This document shows positions 1 through 12,654 of a stretch of DNA of 64,000 nt, one piece after another; the first letter of the stretch is position 1, and the number at the start of each line of letters is the position of its first letter. Under the pieces are notes generated by a model that worked only from the letters and a program-made list of their open reading frames with translations, was not told where the DNA came from and did no database searches. The stretch covers positions 1,088,001 through 1,152,000 of the forward strand of contig CAVVLJ010000017.1 of NCBI GenBank assembly GCA_963749075.1, read 5' to 3'. The translations under genes and the position numbers were made by a program. Origin of the DNA: an uncultured Pseudomonadota bacterium (GTDB taxonomy: Bacteria > Pseudomonadota > Alphaproteobacteria > JACZXZ01).

Positions 1-329
1 CCGTAGTCGTTCACGTCGGTGGTGAGCTCGGCGAGCGCGCCGTCGCGCCAAACCTCGCGCGCCCGCAGCACGTAGTCGTCCGACATGACGTAGAGATGCG
101 GCACCGAGATCTCGATCTCGTCGTCGACCACCAGCGTCTTGCCCTGGTGGTGGAAGGTGATGAGCTCCCGGCCGACCTTGGTGCCCGCGAGGAAGACGTC
201 CAAAGCGAGCTTGCCGTCGGCCGTATCGATGGCCTGGGCGGCAGGCGCCGACAGCAGGAAAGCGAGCGCCGCCAGGAAAACGGCAAGCCCGCGGCGTGGG
301 GCGAAATGGCGGCGGGCGGGAATCGGCAT
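1..329 (-). CDS. Exported protein, DUF6134-like (runs off the left window edge)
   Basis: Manual translation from ATG 329: MPIPARRHFAPRRGLAVFLAALAFLLSAPAAQA-IDTADGKLALDVFLAGTKVGRELITF...YVLRAREVWRDGALAEL; signal peptide plus E-x-W-x-DG-x-L pattern. Confidence 0.6.
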   Translation of the reverse strand, partial: MPIPARRHFAPRRGLAVFLAALAFLLSAPAAQAIDTADGKLALDVFLAGTKVGRELITFHHQGKTLVVDDEIEISVPHLYVMSDDYVLRAREVWRDGALAELTTDVNDY

Positions 330-467
330 GGCGGCCTGCGGCACCGGCTGGTCGGGCGAGTGTCCCATCGCGCGCCGGCCGAAGCAAGCTCGCCCGCCGC
401 CGCAGCCCACGGCATTGCGCGCCAATGGCATTCCGCCGTTGAGCGCTCCGGTGTAGTCTGGGCAGCC

Positions 468-989
468 ATGAAGCAAGCCACGGTCAAGACCACGCGCCGC
501 GCGCCCGATCCCTTCGGACGCCTCCGCCACGACCACAAGGATTGCCTGGCCCAGGCGCTGCGCACGGCGGAGCGGCTGTGCGCGCTCCGCGGCGCGCGGC
601 TCACCACGTTGCGCCGGCGCGTGCTCGAGCTCATCTGGCGCAGCCACGACCCGGTGGGCGCCTATGCCATCCTCGATGCCTTGCGCGGCGATGGACGCGC
701 GGCGGCGCCGCCCACGGTCTACCGCGCGCTCGAGTTCCTCTCCGAGCAGGGCCTCGTCCACCGCATCGAGTCGCGCAACGCCTATCTCGGTTGCGCCGAT
801 CCCGAGCATGCCCACGCCAGCCAGTTCCTCATCTGCGCGCGCTGCGGTGCCGCCTCCGAGCTCCATGACGACCGCGTCCAGGGCGCCATCGGCGAGAGCG
901 CGCACGCCATCGGCTTCCGCGTGCAGCACCTCATGGTCGAGGTGATCGGGCTCTGCCCGACCTGCGCCCGCGAGGTGGCAGCCGCCTGA
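468..989 (+). CDS. zur: Fur-family regulator, Zur-like
   Basis: HDHxxC N-terminus, GARLTTLRRRVLELI, PPTVYRALEFL, CxxC...CxxC. Confidence 0.85.
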   Translation: MKQATVKTTRRAPDPFGRLRHDHKDCLAQALRTAERLCALRGARLTTLRRRVLELIWRSHDPVGAYAILDALRGDGRAAAPPTVYRALEFLSEQGLVHRIESRNAYLGCADPEHAHASQFLICARCGAASELHDDRVQGAIGESAHAIGFRVQHLMVEVIGLCPTCAREVAAA

Positions 990-994
990 GCCGC

Positions 995-2071
995 TCAGCC
1001 GACCGGCCGCACGGCACCCTTGAGCTCGTGCGCCGTCCACAAGGCCAAGGTGAAGAGCGTCAGGGCGCCAGCCTGATGGCAGGCCGCGAGCGGGATCGGC
1101 ACCACGAGGAGAAGGGTGGCAATGCCGAGGCCGAGCTGGACCACCACCATGACGGCGAGGAGGTTCGCCGCGAGGAGCGCTGGCGGGGCGAGCGCAAGCC
1201 CGCGGAGCGACAGGCGGAAGAGGAGGACGAGGGCGAGCGTCGTGACGGCGAGGAGGCGGTGGTCGAACTGCACCGTTGTCACGTCCGCAAAGGGATCGGC
1301 ATACCAGGGCCGTGCCGCGAAGAGCCCGGCCGGCAGCAGCCTGCCGTCCATGAGGGGAAAGCTGTTGTAGATGAGGCCGGCATGGAGGCCGGCGACGAAG
1401 GCGCCCGAGAGCGCCACGAGGAAGACCCACCCCGCGAGTGCCAGGGCGCGCGCCGAGGCGCGCGAGAGTGCAGCACCGGCCGGCGGGCGCACGCGGGGGG
1501 ACAGGAGCCCGAACGCCAGGAGGAGCATATAGCCATAGATGACGAGCGCCGCCGCGAGATGGGCGGCGAGGCGGTATTGGCTCACCGACGGGCGCTCGGC
1601 CAAGCCGCTCTTCACCATGAACCAGCCGAGCGCGCCCTGGAGCGCCCCCAGAAGGAAGAGGACCGCGAGCCGCGGCGCGAGTTTGCGCTCGATGCGGCCG
1701 GAGAGGGCGAAATAGAGGAAGGGCAGGAGAAAGACGGCGCCGATGAGGCGGCCCAGGAGGCGGTGGACGTATTCCCACCAGTAGATGGATTTGAAGGCGG
1801 CGAGGGTCATGCCCTCGTTCTCGAGGCGATACTGCGGCGTCGCCTTGTAAAGGTCGAATTGGCTCTGCCAGGCCTCGGGCGTGAGCGGCGGCAGCGCTCC
1901 CACGATGGGGTCCCACACCGCGATCGACAGGCCCGAGTGGGTGAGCCGCGTGATGCCGCCGATCACCACCATGGCGAAGACCATGGCGCAGCAGAGCAGC
2001 AGCCAGTAGGCGACCGCCCGGTCCGCGGTGGGACGGCGCATCGAGGCCACGGTCAACCCGGTTTGCGACAT
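995..2071 (-). CDS. ctaA: Heme A synthase (COX15/CtaA)
   Basis: GGITRLTHSGLSI, FKSIYWWEYVHRLLGR, VSQYRLAAHL, VQFDHR motifs. Confidence 0.93.
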   Translation of the reverse strand: MSQTGLTVASMRRPTADRAVAYWLLLCCAMVFAMVVIGGITRLTHSGLSIAVWDPIVGALPPLTPEAWQSQFDLYKATPQYRLENEGMTLAAFKSIYWWEYVHRLLGRLIGAVFLLPFLYFALSGRIERKLAPRLAVLFLLGALQGALGWFMVKSGLAERPSVSQYRLAAHLAAALVIYGYMLLLAFGLLSPRVRPPAGAALSRASARALALAGWVFLVALSGAFVAGLHAGLIYNSFPLMDGRLLPAGLFAARPWYADPFADVTTVQFDHRLLAVTTLALVLLFRLSLRGLALAPPALLAANLLAVMVVVQLGLGIATLLLVVPIPLAACHQAGALTLFTLALWTAHELKGAVRPVG

Positions 2072-2267
2072 GCGGAAGAGAGTGCCGGCCCTGAGGCAAG
2101 CCCGCAAGGGCCTCGGTCGACAGGGCCTCGGTTGATCGGTCGCCGCAACTGGATCATGATTGAAAGCACACCAGCCCATCAGCTTGCGGGCACGAAAATA
2201 CGGCCACTCGGTTGTCTCGACGCAATCAATATCCGGATTGCGCTGACATGGCATTGCTGGGGACCGA

Positions 2268-3608
2268 ATGATGTCCGAAGATTTCCTGGAACATGGCGGC
2301 TCCGATGATCGAAGTGTCATCGACGTTGTCGAGAGGACGCTGGGCACGACCCTGGAAGACTGGTCACGCTCAGGATACAAGATGACCCCGGACCTCTTTC
2401 TCGAGCTCCACGGCAAGGTAAGCGGGTATTACCGAGCAAACAAAATTCCAAGGAAGCCGTTAGACGAGCTGCGGCCGGGCATATTCGGCGGGTACAACGT
2501 CGGGTTCAGGTACCCGGTCGGCACGGCCCTCGAGACGATTGCGGCGATGGTGGTCAAGGCGAAGACGCACGAGCTTAAGCGGCTCCTGCTGTATAGCGAC
2601 CGGGTGGTCGTGCCCGACCCCTTGCTGATGTGGCGCCCGCGAATTCCTGATCAAGGCGACCCCGGGGCGCAGCATGACCCGCCTCATAAGCTGCCGACCG
2701 ACCTGCAGCGGGCGGTTGCGTCTGAGTATGAGCTCCCGCCATCGTCGATTATGGAAGATATGGAGCTATATTGGCCCTCCGCGTTCTTCTTTTATTCTCA
2801 ATACAAGAACCTGATTTGCCGCCGTTACGTCTTGCCCGTCGACGGCGGCGCATTACTAGACGGCTCATTACGAAACGCGGCTGCCGCCGGTCAAATCGAT
2901 CTGGAACAACCGTTGCGCAAGATTTTTGCAGAGCAAAAAGTTTTTGGCGTGTTCGACGAGTTCGCAACCTATGCGACTCACGCACTCACTCAAGTGGCCC
3001 ACAAGGATAAGTTTGGCGGCATGGTCGATCCATTCTTCGTCGCACCGGAAGTGTGCGATGCCTATGCCCTGATCCTTCGCCACGCCCTCAGGGCCGTGCC
3101 GGGCTCGACTAGGCGCGACCACCTTACGAACGCGTACCTCAGCAATGACGGGTCGATCGACGCTTCCAAGCTATCCGAGGAGGACGTGCTGCGAATGCGC
3201 GAAAGCGAAGAGTTGTTCCAGATCTGGCGGAGCATCGTGCAGGATGTCCTGGGCACGCTTTATCGCAAGGAGCCCGAGTGGGAGCTCCGCGATCGCGGCA
3301 GCGATGTGGTGCGGCTGCTGAAGGAACAGAAACGGCGGTGGCGATCGGACTTCACGCGGCTGGTGGGCAAGAGTTCCGTCCTGGAGGGCGTGTTTGACAA
3401 GACGACCGTATCGCTCGGGATCATGACCGGGGGGCTTGCCTCCTATAGCGGCGCCGGGATCGCTGAAATTCTCGCCACGGCCGGGGCCGGGGGAGCGCTG
3501 GCGCCGTTGCTCAGTCTGCTATTCAATTCGCTCACTCATTTGACGCATGGGCCGATTCGACGCAGCCTCGACCATCACTTCATGGCTCTCGGGGAACGAG
3601 GGTCCTAG
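2268..3608 (+). CDS. Hypothetical protein, AT-richer islet, C-terminal hydrophobic hairpin
   Basis: 446-aa ORF with protein-like composition and atypical codon usage; LLLYSDRVVVPDPL motif; Gly/Ala-rich hydrophobic C-terminus. Confidence 0.75.
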   Translation: MMSEDFLEHGGSDDRSVIDVVERTLGTTLEDWSRSGYKMTPDLFLELHGKVSGYYRANKIPRKPLDELRPGIFGGYNVGFRYPVGTALETIAAMVVKAKTHELKRLLLYSDRVVVPDPLLMWRPRIPDQGDPGAQHDPPHKLPTDLQRAVASEYELPPSSIMEDMELYWPSAFFFYSQYKNLICRRYVLPVDGGALLDGSLRNAAAAGQIDLEQPLRKIFAEQKVFGVFDEFATYATHALTQVAHKDKFGGMVDPFFVAPEVCDAYALILRHALRAVPGSTRRDHLTNAYLSNDGSIDASKLSEEDVLRMRESEELFQIWRSIVQDVLGTLYRKEPEWELRDRGSDVVRLLKEQKRRWRSDFTRLVGKSSVLEGVFDKTTVSLGIMTGGLASYSGAGIAEILATAGAGGALAPLLSLLFNSLTHLTHGPIRRSLDHHFMALGERGS

Positions 3609-3716
3609 CCACCCAAGTCGGAGTCGTTCGCGAGCGAGAGACTACATGGATCGCAGACCCATCATTTATTCCGGCGGGCGCGCCATGCCAGCGGCTGCGA
3701 GGGGACCGCGCGCTGC

Positions 3717-3983
3717 CTAGTGGAATCTCCAAACCCCATCCACGCGGCGGATTTCCGCCGGGCCCGCGATGTCCCTGGCCGATATCTCGACGGAATGTAT
3801 CGGACCCTCGAGTCGCTCGTCCCAGAAACGCAAGAATGTTTTGAGAAATGGATAGTCGGGCGGGTAGTCATACAGTTGGTGGAGGAAGCTTTGCAGCAGC
3901 GCCGGATGGTCCGGCATCCGGTAATAGATCAGGGCATTTACGAGTCGCCAGCACCTAAGCCCCGGAATCAAATTGCATTTCAT
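3717..3983 (-). CDS. usg: Usg-like family protein
   Basis: IYYRMPDHPALLQSF...PDYPFLKTFLRFWDERLEGPIHSV; adjacent to groESL. Confidence 0.85.
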   Translation of the reverse strand: MKCNLIPGLRCWRLVNALIYYRMPDHPALLQSFLHQLYDYPPDYPFLKTFLRFWDERLEGPIHSVEISARDIAGPAEIRRVDGVWRFH

Positions 3984-4329
3984 GTCAGTTCCTCCTCACG
4001 GGTTCGGCGATCCATGTTACGACCGAGACCGGGTGCAAATTCCGCTCTTGCGCGCGCGTCCGCCGGAAAGGCCTGCCGACACGCCCGGCAAGCGGCCCTG
4101 TCCGGCGAGTGCGCCTGGGAGTCAATGCGGAAACAGGCATGGACGCCACCGGCCGGCAATTGCGCCCCTGGCTTCTGCGCCCCTTAGTATTGTTCCCAGG
4201 AGAACGCGCGCGCAAATGAAAAATTCAATCTATTCAATATTTTAGCAGCATGTCCCGCAGACTGCTGCCAGCGTGGGCGCTGCGACTCGGGGGTCGCCGA
4301 GCGACCGCGGCACCTAGCGTGCCAAATGA

Positions 4330-4356
4330 CTGGCACTCTCCGCATGGGAGTGCTAA
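4330..4356 (+). promoter_or_regulatory. CIRCE element (HrcA operator)
   Basis: CTGGCACTC-N9-GAGTGCTAA, 52 bp upstream of groES. Confidence 0.9.
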
Positions 4357-4408
4357 CAATGGCCCCAGCAGAGGCCTTCCCATCAGATAAAGCCACGGAG
4401 GAATCGAC

Positions 4409-6383
<1,975 letters not shown>

Positions 6384-6430
6384 GCCGCGGCACGCGCGTC
6401 GCCTCAGCAAGAAACGCCTGAGCAAGATTG

Positions 6431-6465
6431 GGGGCCGCTCCGCGAAGGGGCGGCCCCTTCCTCTT
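6431..6465 (+). terminator. Probable intrinsic terminator of groESL
   Basis: GGGGCCGCTCC-GCGAA-GGGGCGGCCCC followed by TTCCTCTT. Confidence 0.6.
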
Positions 6466-6525
6466 GCGCGACGCTCGCGTGCCTGGAGCGCTTCCCGATC
6501 GCGCGGGAGCGGGAAGCGCGCCGGA

Positions 6526-7419
6526 TCATCCGGCTCGGCGGGCCAATCCCGCCGCGCCCGGGACCCTGATCGCGGCCCAGCGGCCAGGCGACATGCCGTA
6601 GGCCTTCTTGAAGTGGCGCGTCATGTGACTTTGGTCCGCAAATCCGCACGAGAGCGCGGCGTCGGCCAGCGCTGCGCCGCGCCGGATGAGAGAGCGCACC
6701 CGGTCGAGGCGCCGCATGACGAGATACCGGTAGGGGCTTGTGCCCAGGCACGCCCGGAAATGCCGGGCCACGGCATAGCGCGAGAGTCCCGCAACCGCTT
6801 CCAACTCTGCCGAGCTGACGACCTTCCTGACATTGGCATCGAGGAAGTCGCGCACCTTGCCGACGGCGCGCCAGTGCCGTGCCGACAGCTTCCGTCGAGC
6901 GACGGACGGGTCGCTCTCCGCCAGGGCTTCCGCGAGATCGAGAATGATCTGGTCGCGGTGCAACTCCTCCAACGCCCGGCCGAGGTCGTCGAGTGCCGGC
7001 ATGATGGCGGCAGCGAGGCGTCCATTGCTCGATACGGCCTCGCGCACGAACGGAAGGGGGCAGCGCGCCTCGCTCAACGCCTCGCGAATGGCGCGGGGCT
7101 CGACGTAGAGGATCTTGTAGCGAAAGCCCGCGCTGGTCCCGGCGTGACCGTCATGGATCTCGTCCGGGTGAAGCACGAACACCTGGCCGGGCACGCTGTG
7201 CTGCGCCGCACCTCTGTAGCGGAAGGATTGCACGCCATCGAGCGTGACGCCGACGGCATAGGTATCGTGCCGGTGCGGATCGAAGGCGTGCCCCGCAAAG
7301 AAGGCTTCGCTGCGCTCGAATCCCCGACATGAGGGTGCCGAGCGGATCCAGTCGGCGGGCGCCACCCCGCACGATCGTTCAAGACGCGCCGCGGCACTTT
7401 CGTTCATAAGAGACGCCAT
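6526..7419 (-). CDS. AraC-family transcriptional regulator
   Basis: FDPHRHDTY cupin domain; CGFADQSHMTRHFKKAYGMSPG HTH. Confidence 0.93.
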   Translation of the reverse strand: MASLMNESAAARLERSCGVAPADWIRSAPSCRGFERSEAFFAGHAFDPHRHDTYAVGVTLDGVQSFRYRGAAQHSVPGQVFVLHPDEIHDGHAGTSAGFRYKILYVEPRAIREALSEARCPLPFVREAVSSNGRLAAAIMPALDDLGRALEELHRDQIILDLAEALAESDPSVARRKLSARHWRAVGKVRDFLDANVRKVVSSAELEAVAGLSRYAVARHFRACLGTSPYRYLVMRRLDRVRSLIRRGAALADAALSCGFADQSHMTRHFKKAYGMSPGRWAAIRVPGAAGLARRAG

Positions 7420-7470
7420 GCGCTTTTATAGCGGAAACGCTGGCCTTGCGCGACGTGGAGGTCGCTTGAC

Positions 7471-8064
7471 GTGGATGGGGTGCTTGGCTTCGTTTTGGCC
7501 GGATTCGCACTGGCCGGCAGCCCCGGCCCGGCCACGCTGAGCCTTGCCGCCACCGGTGCCGCGTTCGGCGCCCGTCGCGGTCTCGGCTATATGAGCGGGA
7601 TCGTCATCGGCATGGCGGTCGTGATGGGGCTCGTGGCGGCCGGCGTGGTGGGCGTTCTTCTCGCACTGCCCGGCGCCAAGCCCGTCGTTGCCGGCATGGC
7701 CGCCGCATACTTTGTCTATCTCGCCTTCCGCATCGCCACTGCGCCGCCCTTGGCCGAGCGCAGCGGCCAGCATCGCCAGCCGTCGTTCGCCGGCGGCGTA
7801 TTTCTGTCGCTCGTCAATCCCAAGGGCTACGCCGCCATGGCGGCCCTGTTCTCCGGCTTCGTGCTGGTACGGGAGCGTCTCGCACTGGACGCCGCGGCGA
7901 AGGCGATCGTGCTGGTGGCGATCATCACCGCGGTCAACGTGGCATGGCTCTTCGCCGGAGCGGCGCTCACGCGGTTCTTTCGAGAGCCCCGGACCAACCG
8001 GGCCATAAACGTGATCTTTGCCGTCCTGCTCGTCGCGTCCGTCGCCTTCGCGCTGTCGTTCTGA
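7471..8064 (+). CDS. LysE/RhtB-family translocator
   Basis: SPGP and NPKG motifs, hydrophobic; divergent from AraC gene. Confidence 0.9.
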   Translation: MDGVLGFVLAGFALAGSPGPATLSLAATGAAFGARRGLGYMSGIVIGMAVVMGLVAAGVVGVLLALPGAKPVVAGMAAAYFVYLAFRIATAPPLAERSGQHRQPSFAGGVFLSLVNPKGYAAMAALFSGFVLVRERLALDAAAKAIVLVAIITAVNVAWLFAGAALTRFFREPRTNRAINVIFAVLLVASVAFALSF

Positions 8065-8183
8065 GCCCTTGCCACCGCCAATGCCGGCCGCTGGTCCTAT
8101 GCTCCACGTCCGCTTCGAGATTGCCGCCCGTTGACCCCGCTGCCGCGGATCGCCGCGCGGTGTCGCTCCCAACGGTTCGCGCG

Positions 8184-8603
8184 CTAAAGCGTCGCGTGCC
8201 GCGCGCGCGCGGCGCGCTCGATGGCGGCGGCGGCGAGGGGGTCGATCTCGAGGCGGTCGCCCAGCATCTCGAGCAGCCTCAGCGCCTCCTGGCTTGCCCT
8301 GCCGTCGGAGGCGACCACGTCGCAGGCGAGCGCATAGGCGGTCTCGCGCAAGCTCCCCGGCAAGACGCGCTTGATCTCGCCGAGCACGCGCTCGAGCCCG
8401 TTGTCGTCGGTCAGGAGGCCGGCGCAGCCGCGCGCCACCTCGGGCAGCCGGGCGGAGTCGAAATCCTTGAAGACCGGCAGATAGTTGACCATCTCGCCGA
8501 TGGTGCGCAGCTCTGCGTCGGTCATGTCCTGGTCGGCCGCCGAGGCCAGCACCATGGCATAGATGAGCGCGTCGTGGTGGTTGATCTCGCCGTGATAGGC
8601 CAT
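8184..8603 (-). CDS. TerB-family protein
   Basis: ALIYAMVLASAADQDMTDAEL...LRETAYALACDV...AAAIERAARAR. Confidence 0.85.
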   Translation of the reverse strand: MAYHGEINHHDALIYAMVLASAADQDMTDAELRTIGEMVNYLPVFKDFDSARLPEVARGCAGLLTDDNGLERVLGEIKRVLPGSLRETAYALACDVVASDGRASQEALRLLEMLGDRLEIDPLAAAAIERAARARHATL

Positions 8604-8659
8604 AAGGCACCTCTTGCCCGCGTTGGCTCTGACTTAAGACAGAGCGCCCTGCGCCCCCG

Positions 8660-9888
8660 TCAAGCCTGGCGGTGCCGGCCGGCGCGCGTGCGAGGAGGAG
8701 GGTGACGGTCAAGGAGAGCAGGGCAAGCAAGGCAAAGCCCGGGCCGTAGCTGCCGAGCTGGCGCACGAGCGCCCCGAAGACGGCGGGAGAGAGGGCGTAG
8801 CCGATGAAGATGAAGAAGGTGGCGGCCGAGGTGGCCGCGGCGATCTCGCCCGTGCGCGCGAGGAGGGCGACCTCCGAGAGAATGATGCCGTTCCAGCTCG
8901 CCGAGAAGAAGCCGGTCGAGGCGAGGAGGACGATCGCCGCCGCGGCGTCGCCCGTGCCGCTGACCCAGGCGAGGCCGGCGAGCGCCACGGCCGAGACCAG
9001 CGACAGGCCGGCGAGCGTCTTCGCCGCCGAGCGGACGCGGTCGGCGATCCAGCCCATGAGGATGCGCGCGACGATCGCCGCCCCCTGCATGAGCATGAAG
9101 CCGAGGGCCGCATCGGCGAGCGCCAGGCCGTAGCGCTCGGCGAGGAAGGTCACGGCGAAGGACGCGATGGCGCCCTGCACGCAGGCAAGCGCAAAGCCGC
9201 AGTAGCTGATGACGATGAGGCCCGGCCGTCCGGCAAGCCCGGCGAGCGGTGCAAGGAGGCTGCTGCGGCGAGAGCACGCGCACCATCACGCGGCGGCTCT
9301 CGCGCTGGCGGCCGGCGTCGAGTGCGGCGCGCAGCGGCTGCACGAGCAAGGCGGCGGCGGCGGCGGCCAAGGCGTCGCGGCGACGAGTGCGGTCCGCCAG
9401 CCGCCGTAGGCCGCGAGGAGCGGGAGGACGAGGCCGGCCAGGAGGCCGCCCGCGGGAACCGCCGCCTGCTTCGTCGAGAAGATGAGCGCGCGGTGCTGCC
9501 GCGGCACGGTGCGCGCCAGGATCTCGCTCCCCGCGGGCGGCGAGGGGCCGTATCCGGCGCCGATGGCAAAGGCGCCGACGAGGATGAGGCCGGGGCTGCC
9601 GGCGAGCGCCAGCGCCAGGCCGGCAGCGCCGAGCAGCGCGCCGAGCTGCAGGCTGCGGATGGCGCCGCAGCGCTCAATGATGGGGTTGCCCGCGGCGAGG
9701 AACCACAGCGTGCCGAGCGCGGTGACCGAGGAGATGGTGCCGACCGCCTCGGGCGCCATGCCGGCGGCGGCGGTGAGCGGCGGGCCGAGCACGGGCATGG
9801 CGAGGGTGAGCAAGGCCGCGAAGGCCTGCATGGCGAAGACCGCGGCGAAGGACGAGCGCCAGTCCGGCTCCTTAAGGGGACCGTCCAT
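8660..9888 (-). pseudogene. MFS transporter, frameshifted (pseudogene or assembly error); 3' end approximate
   Basis: Hydrophobic MFS sequence split across frames with compensating indels near 9372 and 9265; no in-frame stop at the expected end. Confidence 0.7.
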
Positions 9889-12628
9889 GCGCCTCCAGGA
9901 ACGCGCGGGTGCCCGCGACCGCGGCGGCGAGGCCGAGGCGCTCGACCGCAACGCCCGGCGGGAAGGCGCCGAGGAGCCGCGAGGGCATCATGGGATCGAG
10001 GAGGACGAAGACGCCGGCGTCGTCGGCGCGCCGCACCAGGCGGCCGAAGGCCTGCTTCAGTCTCAAGCGCGCGATCATGTCCTCGTAGCGCCGGGAGCCG
10101 AAGGCGGCCTTGCGCGCGCGGTGGAGCAGGTTCGGCCGCGCCCATGGCACGCGGTCGAAGACGATGAGGCGGAGCGAGCGGCCCGGCACGTCGACGCCGT
10201 CCCTCACCGCGTCGGTGCCGAGGAGGCAGGCGTCTTGCTCGGCGCGGAAGATGTCGATGAGCGTCGAGGTGTCGAGGGCATCGACGTGCTGGGCCAGGAG
10301 CGGCAGGCCCGCATCCTCGAGCGGCCCTGCTATGCGGCGGTAGACGGCGCGCAGGCGAGTGATCGCGGTGAAGAGGCCGAGCGCGCCGCCGCCCGCCGCG
10401 AGGAAGAGCTCGCGGTAGGCGGCCGCCACCTGGTCGAGGGCATCCTTGCGCACGTCGGTCACCACCATGACGCGCGTCTGGCGCGGATAATCGAAGGGCG
10501 AAGGCACCTGCGCGCGGATCGCCGGCCTGGGCAGGTGGCGCGCACCCGTGCGCGCCTCCGCGGCCTGCCAGTTGGCCGCCACGTCGCCGCTGCCGTCGGT
10601 CAAGGTCGCCGAGGTGACCACGAGGCCGTGGGCGCGGGTCGCCACCTCGGCCGTGAAGGGCACCATGGGGTCGACCCAGTGGCGGTGCATGCCCACGTCC
10701 ACGTCGCGTCCGTCGCTGCGCTCGATGGCGAACCAGTCGACGAACTCGGGCGGCGTCTCGCGGCCAAGGGCTGCGAGCATGGCGATCCAGCTCGCCACCT
10801 CGGCCTCGGCGCGCCGCTCGAGGCTGCGCACGATGGCCTCGATCCTGAGCCGCGCCGGCGTGTCGAGCTCGGCCGCGTCGGCGTCGAGGCGGGCGGAGAG
10901 GCGCTCAGCGAGCGTGCGCATGGGCTCGAGGAGCTGGCCGAGCGCCGCGGCGAGCCGCGCGGCCGCCTCGAGGAGCCCCTCGACCGGGTCGCTCGTCGCC
11001 GTCTCGAGATCGTAAGGGGTGGCGGGATCGGCCGCCCGCGCCGTCACCTGCTGGCGCAAGCGCGCGAGGAAGGCCTCGGCGGGGCCGGACGGATTGCCGC
11101 TGTGGAGGCGCTGCAGCCAGCCGTCGCCGGCGAGCGCGTGCGCCGCCTTGAGGATGCTCTCAAGCGCCGCGGCGGCGGCCGCGTCGTCGGCCACGAGGTC
11201 CTCGACCCGGCGCTTGAGCCCGCGCGCGCGGCTCGCCGCGCGCCCCTCGGCGCCGAGCAGCCAGCGCCTGAGCTCGGCCGTCTCGCGTCCCGAGAGGTGC
11301 GCCGAGAAGGCGCTGTTGGCCGCCTCGAAGACGTGATGGCCCTCGTCGAACACGTAGCGCGTGGGGAGATAGCTGTCGTCGATGCCGCCGAGTGCTGCCT
11401 GCGCCATGACGAGGGCATGGTTGGCGATGACGATCTCGGCGCGCCGCGCGCGGCGCACGCTGCGCTCGATGAAGCACTTCTGGTAGTGCGGACAGGCGGC
11501 ATAGATGCACTCGCCGCGGCGGTCGGCGAGGCCGAGGCTGCGCTCGCGCCCCACAAGATCGACGAGCCAGGCGGGAAAGTCGCCGCCCACCATGTCGCCG
11601 TCGCGCGTCTTGCCGGCCCAGCGCACGAGGAGGCCGAGTGCCGCCGCCTCGCGCGGCTGCTGGCGCAGGCGCTCGCTCGCCTCCTCCAAGTTGAGGAGGC
11701 AGAGGTAGTTCTCGCGGCCCTTGCGGATCACCACCTTGCGCGCCTTCTCGGCGGCGGCGGGGAAGAGGCGGTCGAGCTCGCGGTCGATCTGGTGCTGCAG
11801 GTTGCGCGTGAAGGTGCTGACCCAGACGGGGCCGTCGTTCTTCTCGGCCCAGAGGCTCGCGGGTGCCAGATAGCCGAGCGTCTTGCCGACGCCGGTGCCC
11901 GCCTCGGCCAGCACGAAGTGGGGCACGCCTGCCTCGTTGCGCGGCTGGAAGGCGGCGGCTAGGGCCGAGGCGTAGTCCGCCTGCTCGGGGCGGTCCTCGG
12001 CCTCGGGGCCGAGGAGCTTGGCGAGCCGCTCGCGCGCCTCGGCGGGCGAGACGGGCCTGGTGCCGGCCGGCGGCTCGGGCGCCCACTCCTCGATCGACGG
12101 CAGGCGCCGCCACACGGCGAAGGCGGCACTCCTCTGCCAGATGTCCTCGGCCGCCCCCAGCGCCTGCAGCACCGGACCTCCCCAGGCCCATTCCCCGCGC
12201 GTCATGGCCTGGGCCAGGGCCACGGTCTCCTCGTTGCGCCCCTCCCGTGCCGCGAGCTCGGCCAAGAGCGCCTCCGCCGCCTGGAGGAGCACGTACGCCT
12301 CTTCCTCGAGGCCCGCGGGTATCGGCAGGCCGAGCGCTTGCGCCAAGCCGCGCGCGGTCGGCAGCACGAAGCTCGCCGGGCGCACGAAGGCGTAGAGCTC
12401 GAGGAGGTCGAGGGCGGCCATGCGCTCGACACCGAGCCGGCGCGCCGTGAGCGGGCGGTGGCAGACGAGCGGCGGTGGGGAGCCCGCAAGGCGCCTCAGC
12501 GCCTCGGCGGGCTTGAGCGTCTCGACGACGCCGTCCTCGGAGAGCCAGGCCGCCTGACGCACGCCGACCGCGAGCGCCGGTGCCGAGATGCGGGGAGATT
12601 TGCCGAGAGGAGCCGGGGCCGCGGTCAT
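9872..12628 (-). CDS. ATP-dependent DNA helicase, DinG family
   Basis: EAGTGVGKT, KGRENYLC, DEGHH, SATL, DGVDVPG, LKQAFGRLVR. Confidence 0.93.
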   Translation of the reverse strand: MTAAPAPLGKSPRISAPALAVGVRQAAWLSEDGVVETLKPAEALRRLAGSPPPLVCHRPLTARRLGVERMAALDLLELYAFVRPASFVLPTARGLAQALGLPIPAGLEEEAYVLLQAAEALLAELAAREGRNEETVALAQAMTRGEWAWGGPVLQALGAAEDIWQRSAAFAVWRRLPSIEEWAPEPPAGTRPVSPAEARERLAKLLGPEAEDRPEQADYASALAAAFQPRNEAGVPHFVLAEAGTGVGKTLGYLAPASLWAEKNDGPVWVSTFTRNLQHQIDRELDRLFPAAAEKARKVVIRKGRENYLCLLNLEEASERLRQQPREAAALGLLVRWAGKTRDGDMVGGDFPAWLVDLVGRERSLGLADRRGECIYAACPHYQKCFIERSVRRARRAEIVIANHALVMAQAALGGIDDSYLPTRYVFDEGHHVFEAANSAFSAHLSGRETAELRRWLLGAEGRAASRARGLKRRVEDLVADDAAAAAALESILKAAHALAGDGWLQRLHSGNPSGPAEAFLARLRQQVTARAADPATPYDLETATSDPVEGLLEAAARLAAALGQLLEPMRTLAERLSARLDADAAELDTPARLRIEAIVRSLERRAEAEVASWIAMLAALGRETPPEFVDWFAIERSDGRDVDVGMHRHWVDPMVPFTAEVATRAHGLVVTSATLTDGSGDVAANWQAAEARTGARHLPRPAIRAQVPSPFDYPRQTRVMVVTDVRKDALDQVAAAYRELFLAAGGGALGLFTAITRLRAVYRRIAGPLEDAGLPLLAQHVDALDTSTLIDIFRAEQDACLLGTDAVRDGVDVPGRSLRLIVFDRVPWARPNLLHRARKAAFGSRRYEDMIARLRLKQAFGRLVRRADDAGVFVLLDPMMPSRLLGAFPPGVAVERLGLAAAVAGTRAFLEAHGRSP

Positions 12629-12654
12629 TTGGCGAGTATATCGCGGACGGTGCC

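Noticed and set aside
4200-4250. AT-rich patch upstream of groES as an sRNA or extra operator
   Set aside because: No convincing structure or recognisable motif; probably part of the promoter region
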